Of a DNA stretch of 64,000 bases, positions 28,501 to 40,500 are shown piece after piece (positions within the stretch are counted from its first letter, which is position 1; every line of letters begins with the position of its first letter). Origin of the DNA: Laetmonice hystrix. Its lineage: Eukaryota. Both the position numbers and the translations under genes were made by a program. The stretch is from NCBI GenBank assembly GCA_965235115.1, contig OZ249436.1, positions 40,116,001 to 40,180,000 on the forward strand. Direction: 5' to 3'. The notes beneath the pieces are model-generated. The model ran no database searches and was not told where the DNA came from. It saw nothing but the letters and a program-made list of their open reading frames with translations.

Positions 28501-31500
28501 TGAATGGGTCACGAGTAGTATACCCTCGTGTTGTGAATGGAGTTTTATTATTATATATACTAGCTATCTACGCGGGGACACAGGGATGAATGGGTCACGA
28601 GTAGTATACCCTCGTGTTGTGAATGGAGTTTTATTATTATATATATTAGCTATCTACGCGGGGACACAGGGATGAATGGGTCACGAGTAGTATACCCTCG
28701 TGTTGTGAATGGAGTTTTATTATTATTATATATATTAGCTATCTACGCGGGGACACAGGGATGAATGGGTCACGAGTAGTATACCCTCGTGTTGTGAATG
28801 GAGTTTTATTATTATATATATTAGCTATCTACGCGGGGACACAGGGATGAATGGGCCACGAGTAGTATACCCTCGTGTTGTGAATGGAGTTTTATTATTA
28901 TATATATTAGCTATCTACGCGGGGACACAGGGGTGAATGGGTCACGAGTAGTATACCCTCGTGTTGTGAATGGAGTTTTATTATTATATATATTAGCTAT
29001 CTACGCGGGGACACAGGGGTGAATGGGCCACGAGTAGTATACCCTCGTGTTGTGAATGGAGTTTTATTATTATATATATTAGCTATCTACGCGGGGACAC
29101 AGGGATGAATGTGCCACGAGTAGTATACCCTCGTGTTGTGAATGGAGTTTTATTATTATTATATATATTAGCTATCTACGCGGGGACACAGGGATGAATG
29201 GGTCACGAGTAGTATACCCTCGTGTTGTGAATGGAGTTTTATTATTATATATATTAGCTATCTACGCGGGGACACAGGGATGAATGGGCCACGAGTAGTA
29301 TACCCTCGTGTTGTGAATGGAGTTTTATTATTATATATATTAGCTATCTACGCGGGGACACAGGGGTGAATGGGTCACGAGTAGTATACCCTCGTGTTGT
29401 GAATGGAGTTTTATTATTATATATATTAGCTATCTACGCGGGGACACAGGGGTGAATGGGCCACGAGTAGTATACCCTCGTGTTGTGAATGGAGTTTTAT
29501 TATTATATATATTAGCTATCTACGCGGGGACACAGGGATGAATGGGCCACGAGTAGTATACCCTCGTGTTGTGAATGGAGTTTTATTATTATTATATATA
29601 TTAGCTATCTACGCGGGGACACAGGGATGAATGGGTCACGAGTAGTATACCCTCGTGTTGTGAATGGAGTTTTATTATTATATATATTAGCTATCTACGC
29701 GGGGACACAGGGATGAATGAGTAGTATACCCTCGTGTTGTGAATGGAGTTTTATTATTATATATATTAGCTATCTACGCGGGGACACAGGGATGAATGGG
29801 CCACGAGTAGTATACCCTCGTGTTGTGAATGGAGTTTTATTATTATTATATATATTAGCTATCTACGCGGGGACACAGGGGTGAATGGGTCACGAGTAGT
29901 ATACCCTCGTGTTGTGAATGGAGTTTTATTATTATATATATTAGCTATCTACGCGGGGACACAGGGATGAATGGGCCACGAGTAGTATACCTTCGTGTTG
30001 TGAATGGAGTTTTATTATTATTATATTAGCTATCTACGCGGGGACACAGGGATGAATGGGTCACGAGTAGTATACCCTCGTGTTGTGAATGGAGTTTTAT
30101 TATTATAATGGCTTATCTTTTGACAATTACAACTGCAGGAACAACAATGAATTTGCAAACGAGCAGTCTCAGCTAGACAGTGCAATTCTACAGATAAATG
30201 ATCGCTTAAATAACCTAAACAGTAGGGCAAACCTGGCTACCCCCAGAACTGCATGCCACGTCCACAAATGGAGACATAATCGTATTGGGCATAGATACGG
30301 TGGCACATTGACAGATGGCATCCACTACAACGATAAGACAAAAGAAAAGTTTGTAAATGAAGTTGTAAAAACATTTTATCACAATATTCATGTCACTTGC
30401 AACTAAAGGACAAACATCAGAATGGATACATGCCCCATCTGTAAACTACTAACTTGCGGGGGTCGTGGATACATGCCCCATCTGTAAACTGTAAACTAGA
30501 AACTTGCAGGGGTCGTGGATACACGCCCCAACTGTAAACTAGAAACTTGCGGGGGTCGTGGATACACGCCTCAACTGTAAACTAGAAACTTGCGGGGGTC
30601 GTGGATACACGCCTCAACTGTAAACTGTAAACTAGAAACTTGCGAGGGTCGTGGATACATGCCCTATCTGTAAACTGTAAACTAGAAACTTGCGGGGGTC
30701 GTGGATACATGCCCTATCTGTAAACTGTAAACTAGAAACTTGCGGGGGTCGTGGATACACGCCTCAACTGTAAACTAGAAACTTGCGGGGGTCGTGGATA
30801 CACGCCTCAACTGTAAACAAGAAACTTGCGGGGGTCGTGGATACACGCCTCAACTGTAAACTAGAAACTTGCGGGGGTCGTGGATACACGCCTCAACTGT
30901 AAACTAGAAACTTGCGGGGGTCGTGGATACACGCCTCAACTGTAAACAAGAAACTTGCAAATGGGACTGGGCTGAAAATGACTAGCCGTTCAATCAATAT
31001 GTCACTCTCACCATTTATTCATACACTTGATAGTCTTCATTCTCAAGCGCTCTGCCATGTTATCATCATTCTCCATTCGCCATCTCCACTAACTCATCAT
31101 CACCGTGCTAGTGACATAGAATATAGTCCTCAAATAAAAGTAATAGGGGTATTAGCGGAACATCAAGTTTCGGTAACCCAAAATAGCTGACTCAGAAGAA
31201 GATATCCTAAATAATTATCTAGACGCGTATGCCCTAGGAGAGACAGAAAATGTCCTGGATATATTCAACATAAATAGTAAATACTATGAGATTGATGATA
31301 TTAAGTCACAAGAGAATATTGAAAATACGCCCAAATATCAGGTACTACACCTAAACATCCAGGGGCTGAGCAGTAGTCTTGAAAAATTAAAAGAGCTAAT
31401 AACTGAACTAAAAATAAGAAATATAAACCTAGACTTCATACTCATATGTGAAACATTCCTAACTCACCCATATGCAAATAACATGTACGAAATCCCAGGT

Positions 31501-34500
31501 TATAAATTCATATGTAGAAACAGGATAAATAAGGTAAAAGGACGTGTGGCCATGTACATAAGTAATAAATATGAATATCAAACAAGAGATGACCTAGCAC
31601 CGCACATAGAAGGGGAATTTGAGACCCTATTTGTCGAAGTGGAAAGCAACCGAAGAAAGACAAAGGCTATCATTGGCGAAGTCTATAGAATACCAAATAC
31701 TTGTGAGAAAACGGCAGTAAATAGATATGAACTAACCATGGCAAACATAAAACAAACAAAGATAAAAGATGTAATAATTGGAACCGATCAGAATCTAGAC
31801 TACCTCAAGATTAACAAACACGAAAACACAGCGAATCTCTTTGAATTGTTCATGGCAAGCGGATATATACCTACCATCACTAGACCGACTAGAATAACTC
31901 ATAGTTCAGCGACTCTTATAGACAATATCTACACAAATCTGAACTGTAAAACACAAATTAAATCAGGCATAATTATAACGGACATATCAGACCATTTCCC
32001 AGTATTTGCGCTAATTGGAACCGGACCAAGAGAAGACAGACAGGATAGAAGATACAGTTACCGTGACTTATCAGAAGGCAATATTAAAATTATCTGTAAC
32101 TATCTAAAACAAATAAACTGGAACTACCTACATAATTTAGAAGTAATAGAATCCTACAGCGAATTTCTGGACAAATTAAATGAAGTAATGGACACAGTAG
32201 CACCCACGAAGAACAAAACAATTCCTGCGAAGCACATAAATAGAGAACCATGGATAACGCGAGGAATCCTAAAAAGCTCAAAAACCTCCAGCAAACTATA
32301 TAAGAAACAACTAGGGAAGGCAAATGACCACCCCAAGAGATTAAAGTATATAGATTACCGTAATAGATTTAATAGCATCAAACGTAAAATGAAACAGATG
32401 TACTACACAAACCTCCTAAGCATCCACAAAAACAACATCAAGAAAACCTGGGACATCCTTAGATCCCTAATCTGCAAACAAAATGACAAGAGCACAATAT
32501 ATGATAGCTTCAACATAGAAGGGGAAACGATAAATGATCATACTAAAATAGCAAACGAGTTTTGTAAATTTTTTACAAACATTGGGAAAATCCAAGCAGA
32601 CAAAATTAAAAACCCAAACAGGAAGTATGACCAATACTTGAATATGGTAGACCAGAATAATCCTCAATGCAGTCGAGGAAACAGCCTATACCTTGAGCCG
32701 ACTGATCCAGTAGAAATCTTCAACATAATAAGCTCCCTGAAGCCGAAAAAAAGTAAAGGACATGATATGCTAACTACTTGTTTTATAAAGCAGATTAACC
32801 AGGACATATGCCTACCAATTAGCATAATAGTGAACAAATCCATCTCTACTGGAATAGTCCCAAACGATCTAAAAATTGCAAAAATAATTCCTGTATACAA
32901 ATCAAAAGAAAAGAATGTGATCGAAAACTACAGACCCATCTCTATATTGCCTCCAATATCAAAAATATTAGAAAAGGTCATCCATAAACGACTATATAAC
33001 TTTGTTCAAAACAAAATTTTTAAAAGCCAATATGGATTCAGGCCTAAACACTCAACAGTGCAGGCTGTGACAGAATTTAACATGAACATTATTGCAGCTT
33101 TTGAAAATAAGTCACACTGCCTAGCTACCTTCCTCGACTTATCAAAGGCTTTTGATACCATTGACCATGTTATTTTACTAAACAAGCTACACAGTTATGG
33201 AGTGAGAGGTTTGGCATATGCCTGGTTCAAAAACTATCTATCGGAGAGAAGACAATATGTCCATCTCAATGATACAGACTCGGATCAGATGGAAATAAAC
33301 TGTGGCGTACCCCAGGGATCTGTTTTAGGACCGCTCCTATTCATAATTTACACAAATGACCTAACAAAGTGTTTAAAACACCTAAAAGCCATACTCTTTG
33401 CTGACGACACAACAGTCTACCTTGTCTCAGCAGATGTTGCGACCTTGTATGCGAACATGAATAATGACTTAGAAATCTTAAATGACTCGTTCAGGGCCAA
33501 CAAATTATCTCTAAACATAAATAAAACCACATATATGCACTTTAAAAGCACAGCGGGGCAAAAACCAAACCTTGGAACTTATGCTGTAAGAATTGGAGAA
33601 TCCATCATAACCCAAGTAAACACCTTCAAGTTTCTTGGGATGGTCATTGACAACAAATGTAACTGGCACAATCATATTGAACATTGTAAAGCTAAAATTG
33701 CCAGCTCCCTCTATATCATAAACCAAGTAAAAAATATTATGCCACCCAAACAACTAAGGATACTATATACATCATTGATACAACCCCATCTTGAATATGG
33801 ATTAGTATTATGGGGTGGTACGCATCAAACTTATATAAAAAAATTGACTATACTTCAAAAAAGGGGTATAAGGTATATAAAGAAATGCAAGTACAACGAA
33901 CATACAGAGCCAATATTCAAAGAATTGGAAATACTTCCGTTAAGTGAGCTGTACGTATACAATCTAGGTAAACTCATGTACAATTATTATGCAAACACAT
34001 TACCCCTACCCCTAAAAGAGCTGTTAATAGTGAACTCAAATCTATATGGCTACAACACCCGACACGCAGCTGATCCCCATCTACCAAGGTGTAGATTAAA
34101 CCAGGCTCAACAGTCTCCAATCTACCGAGCAATTACAGCGTGGTATGACCTACCAAACCATATAAAGTATGCGCGAAATAAACGGGCCTTCAACCAAATA
34201 CTCAAACGATACCTAATACAAAATATTAACCCAAACTAATACCTCTTATTGACCTCAAAAGAAATACGAAAACACTCCTAGCAATGGTTCTCACCCTTTC
34301 ATACTCATCTCCATCACCATCACTCACCTTGGAAGGTACATGGCAAAATGCTACCTGTGCCTCACTTGGCTAATTCTGCTGCGGAATTCTGGGAAAAAAC
34401 GTCCGTCTAAGCTATCAAATGTATGAAATGTATATATATAGTCTTCAATGTATTATGTATTATGTAACTAAGTAGTGAATAATGTAAGTAAACGTAGGCC

Positions 34501-37500
34501 CTACATACAGCATTTAGCTATTATTTATTATGCATTTAACTATACCGTAGGGGAAGGCCTACCTAACATATATATAACGATGGGAATCCTATATGGGCCC
34601 ATCCGAGAGGGTCCACCCACCTTACCACACTCGATACAGTTTTTTTCTGTATGCAAAATGTAAACGCTATGCGGAGAGACTATACTAAAATAAACTGGTA
34701 GTAATGATATAGCCAAATAGGCTTGAGGTGTACCCGCAAGAAATGGCAACTGTGTCTCTAGGGCCTACAAGGCCTATTGAAAAGTCAAAATGTGCACGAC
34801 AGATCCGTGTATATATTATTATGTCATTTCTTGAAAATAAATCAATCAATCAATCAATCAATCAATATATATTAGCTATCTACGCGGGGACACAGGGATG
34901 AATAGGTCACGAGTAGTATACCCTCGTGTTATGAATGGAGTTTTATTATACAGACTGCCTCAGTTGCCAACATGATGTCAAGGCACTCCAAGAATACCAG
35001 CCATTCCGGTTCCTCCTATTCAAGTGTAAAAATAGCGATCGGCCAGACGGTCCATTATATAATATTGCTCCAGTGACAAAAAATAGTGCGCTGTCAAACC
35101 CCTCGGGCTAACACTAAAGTAGTCAGCCAGGGGGCAGCACTTGCCGTACATACGTAATCTATCGACGGCCTCCCGTTGAATGGCTCGTCTAACATAATGT
35201 CCACTAGTTTACACAAATTATCAACATAGGCGGTTCAAAATGTCCAAATAGCTAATTCAATGTTTAATTAGCGAATAACAATTATCAATATAGGCAGTTC
35301 AAATGTCCAAATAGCTAATTCAATGTTTAATTAGCGAATAACAATTATCAATATAGGCAGTTCAAATGTCCAAATAGCTAATTCAATGTTTAATTAGCGA
35401 ATAACAATTATCAATATAGGCAGTTCAAATGTCCAAATAGCTAATTCAATGTTTAATTAGCGAATAACAATTATCAATATAGGCAGTTCAAATGTCCAAA
35501 TAGGTAACTCAATATATCCAATTAGCTAGACAAATGTCCAAATAGCTAATTAAATGTCCAATTAGCTAGCTGAAATGTCCACCAGGGAAATCAAATGTTA
35601 CATAGTGATATCAAATACAGATAATGCCATAAAATAGGCGCAAAACAAAGCTCTTATACTAGTTAAAGAATATTGTTTGTCTTCGTTTCAATCTATTTCT
35701 GAAATAACATGTTTCTTTTTCCACTTTCTCGTGTTTCTTGAATGTCCATTAGGGAAATCGATTGTTAAATAGTGATTCCAATTGTCACAAGTCGTTGAAA
35801 TGCTTATGATTTGATGCCAAGAACCCAGACCACTTCAAGATAGCCCTCTCCCTGGTCGTAGGCATGATGTAGGTGTTGTTTATCAGCATCGGAATCCTCT
35901 GGTAAGGCATGTCTGCTTGCGTTTGTTGCCAAGAGGCATATGAATTCCCTGTGCTACATTTCATCCACTTTGTCTGAGATTATGCCCCGGTGGTCACAGG
36001 ATTACGGAACAACTTCTATTTTGTGGATATTCAACGTCACTAACGACATCTGATATACCTATTATGATATCAAATTGGTTCAGGTGGACATTTTTTCTGT
36101 ATTATTTCATTGATTGGACATTTGATTGGCCTTTTGACATTTGGATTACCAAATATTACATTTGATTTGATATAACATTTGACCTGAAAAAAAAAAAAAA
36201 CAACTTGACTAAATTCCCGCCTTCAGTCCATAATTAACAACAAATAAATGAAACATTAACATGAAATAAAAACAATGACAATGATAACAGCAAAACAATA
36301 CCAACTGTAAACCTTCACAGTATTGTCCATTAGTCAATCAGTATACCGTGTGTGACCTCTGGTTTTTAATGTCACTAACCTGAGCGTCTGCACAAACATT
36401 GCCTCCACTCCACTCTTTCTTTCATGAGCGTCAATATAGGGCCGTGCCGGGGGGGGGGGTTACAGTTGGGCCGAGGCAAGCCATGCTAGAGAGTCTGAGC
36501 TGAAATTTAAGGTGTAATTTGGTGGCATTTAACTCATCTTAGAGCACAAAAATAAGGTCTGAAATTATAACAGTGATAGTGATAACTTTCAAGAGTTGTT
36601 GTGGGGTGTCAGGCCGCTATAATCTATACATTTTAGATGGGAGGAAGGGGGCTGGGTTACAGCCACCCCCCACCCCACCCCCCACCCCCCACCCCGCGGA
36701 CGGCCCTGCAATGTCGTCAGTCGTTAGTTGTTTAGTTGTTATAAAAGTAGTCCGAGCTTTGCCCGCTCGAAATGTAATGAACTGGTCAGCATTTTAATGA
36801 CATATTTCTATATCTTTTCAGCTCCCCCTGTTAATTGCTTTTTTGGTCATTTATATAACAGGTAAGGAAATCTCGATATCTTGTATAGTAGCCTAATTCA
36901 CCTATTTATTCGTCCATTCGCACTCACAGCCGATTTCCATGTACACAATTATTACTCGTTTTTTTCACCACTGTACAGAATATACCCACGCACAAAGCCG
37001 GCAATGCAACGAAATCGATGTCGTGTTTGTTGTGGATTCGTCTGGAAGTATTCAGGACCAACCCGACGGATCAAGAGACCCCGCCAACTGGAATGAACTT
37101 CTCGCTTTCGTCAGCAACGTCATTTCAGATATCAGCACCCGATTCCCCAGCGCTCGCTTCGCTGAGGTCGTGTTTAGTGACCGCATCGAAACGGTATTCC
37201 GTCTCACCGTCAATGACGGTACGTTGAGAGCCAAGGTACTGGCAACCACGTATTTTGGCGATCGTACCAACATTGCCGATGGTCTTGCGAGGGGCATCGA
37301 GTTGCTCGACCCTACCAAGCAGACACAAAATAACGTCATCATTCTCATCACGGACGGGAAGGCCAACCTGAACGAGGTTCGAACCCAGACCGAGGCGACT
37401 CGAGCTCGCGAGGTAGCGTCCGTCTTCGTGGTGGGTATCACTGATGCCATCGACGAGGCCGAGCTGAACGGCATCGTTGGTGGTGATGTGTCGAAACGCA

Positions 37501-40500
37501 TTCAAGTGAGCAACTTCGAGAACTTGGACAGAGAGATCGCGAAACTGGCGTCATTCGTGTGTCCAACAGATCCCTCCCCAAGTGGTGAGTATAGCTCGAA
37601 ATGTGGACCATATCTTGTGTTCATGTATACCTGCAGCTCACTAACAATGTACACAACTGCCCACAAACTCACTTTTATTATCAATCTACACCTCTCAAAC
37701 ACCAACTGCCTGGGTCATATATATTTAAAATGTTCCGTAGCTTCATGGGCCTCTTACGGCTTCTTGCTGATTTTTTCAATACTTTATTTTGTCCAATGTA
37801 GTTACCACCAAAGACAAAACGAAGTATTTCCCTATATACAAAAAGGCATAGATCTACGCATGATGCCATGATGAGACAGTATGGTCACACATGATCATAA
37901 TTTTGTTTTATATTCTCAGTAAAGTTTTACCTCCAAACGTAATTGGGAGTTTGCAAGTAAAGTAATTCCAAGATCTGGAATAAATATTTCACATGTAAGT
38001 TCTTCTTACTGTAATACACAAGGGAGAAACATTTATTAAACTTCCTCCCACTAATTTACGAGTACTTCCAGGCAGTAACAATAGCGGAGAAACCATTTTC
38101 ACACGCACATAAATCCCGCGACTATTTCGAGCAAATTTGCACTGCACCCTTTCACAGACTCCTTTCCAAACACATCATTTATGTATTGATGTCTCGGGAT
38201 GTTTATATTGCAACTGCAGATCTTGTGGCGCGCTGAGCTTTCAATGGTGTGCTGCACAGTATAGGTGGATATTTCCGTTCCTGTCTCAAGCGGATACGGA
38301 CAGAGAGAAGATCGTCTGTCTATGTTTAGTCATAATAAAGTGGCAGTGAAGAACCTTTCAGGTTTACACTACCTACAGATGGCTTCATTGATCTGTGTTC
38401 AGATGTAGATCGAAGAGAAATAGGATTCCAATACTTGACCACCTCTGTGTGGTTTCGCAACTCTCCATGATCTAAGGTCCTCCTTTTGTCCTCCACATCA
38501 GTAACAATTCGAACGGATAGATAAGATTCTTGATCTTTAAAGATATCAATAATGTTATCACCATGCTTATTTTCAACTGATATCATTATGCCCTATTGAA
38601 AGCATATTTGCCAACATGTGAGGGGAAAAATGCAGTAGATCTTTTTCTGGGCTGTGGATTAGGTGAAGGCACATAGGCCTGCTCCCCTGGAATTTTTTGC
38701 AAATCATGCATTCTCCTGCAATCTAGGATGGAAATCAAGTGATCAAAATTCAATCAAAATGTTAAATTTTACCTTGATGGGGTAAGCAGCATCAGAGCTT
38801 GAAAAATGGTATCGGAGTTGGCAACTATGTTGAAAGTGATTGTATTTCCCTTTGCAGTAGACCAATCCAGAGTAGATCCGGCCCTTCACTAGTTAGGCCA
38901 GGCTTATGTTATCCTTGCAATTCGTCGTCAATTGCCGCGCTCGGCGATCCTTGCAGATCGATATCAACTTTGTTAGGCTATAATGACAGGTTGCCAACAG
39001 ATCGCAATGAATCGCCTGGTGACATAAGCATGGCTTACATCGCTCACTTGGATACCTGGAAACGCTCTCTGATGGTAGATACAGAACAGCCAGATCCCTC
39101 CTGCTGCTATCTCTGCAAAATATCGGGCTTCGTATACGGCTATAAGTGGGAAAGTTAAGGGCCAATATCGGTAAATATAGTAAAAGGACTTTGAACCAAG
39201 GTTAGGTGGATCTAGGATACTTACATAATGATAGTTACAGCATGGTACCGTTCTTAGAGTTGAATAACTTTCAGTTCTCAATTCCATGCTCCAATTCCAT
39301 TCATGTAGTTTTGTCACAAAATAGGGTCGAGTTCAGACCAGAGTTTAACTGTACGACTTTTTTCAATTAGGTTGAGAACTTTTGAGTCGGAGGTTATCTT
39401 CAAATAGTTTTATAATATGAGGCTTTCGGGCAATGAATTTTGAGAAAATATATTGGTAATTGGGAACTCAATGAAATATAGGGCCAGTCGAAGTTCTGAA
39501 ACCACAACATTTACCAATCCCGACCCTCCCGACCATCAGAGTTCTTGGCATAGAGTAGATTCTCCGTAGGAATACTAACACTCCTCTGTTGCTAATCTCT
39601 TCCTCATAGATCAAACAACAACATATTGCGCTTCTTATTGTCACCTTGTGGTGAAACCAACCTCATTTAGCTCTAAATATATTCAGCCCTTGACAAGCGG
39701 TCTGGTGTTTGTGTACTAAGTTCTCAGACAAGCAACGTGGAGTAGATACTTGCGGCTTTTCTCTGAAGTTAGATCATGAAAATTCATTATCACTCGAAAT
39801 TCAAGCTGCCATTAGCCTGTCAAGTTATCTGCATGTTTGTATAAATATATACTCTAGTTAAATAGACCTTGGTGTAGTACAGGTCTTTGTGCTTGCCAGA
39901 GATTGTGTAGTTACCATTTCATCTTCATGACGCTGTCGCTATCTTATTGTCTTTGCATATGCCGCAACCTTATAGAGAGTTCGTTCTTAGACATTTCTCT
40001 ATCTGACTGCTAGAGGCTCATGGGAAATGCAATCAAAGGGCGTACTTTATCATCTTCTGTAACGGCCTCTCTACAAATGTTTTGCATCTCTTTTCCAGCA
40101 TGTGCGAGCACATTGGCAGAAATAGTATTTATAATTGATAGTTCAGGATCTATAAATGAACAAGGCAACAATTGGGACATTTTGTTGGAGTTCGTGATGA
40201 ACGTGGTACGAGGCCTCGACGTTAGGCCCGATGGAACACGAATCGGTGCTGTGTCGTTCAGTACGACCGGCACTGTAGATTTTAGGTTGAACCAATTCAC
40301 TACACAACAGGGCGTAGTCGAAGCAATCAATCGCATCAACTTCGCCCAAGATCGGACAAACCTTGCTGATGGTTTACAACTGGCCAGGGAGGAAGTGTTC
40401 AATGGCGCTCGGCCCGCTGTTGTTAAACTGGCACTGTTGATCACCGACGGAAAGCCAAACGAACGGGAAACGGAAACTGAGGAACAAGCCCGCCTGCTCA

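Larger units (their letters stand above)
30108..34867 (+). mobile_element. 5'-truncated non-LTR retrotransposon (CR1/L2 group, Crack/L2-like)
   Basis: ORF1 remnant, APE-RT ORF2, 3' UTR ending in AATAAA plus a (TCAA)n tail at 34836-34867; flanked on both sides by the 86-bp satellite unit. Confidence 0.9.

Noticed and set aside
28472..30107. CRISPR-like array next to a reverse transcriptase
   Set aside because: Units are head-to-tail and nearly identical with no unique spacers, there are no cas genes, and the RT is a eukaryotic LINE ORF2.
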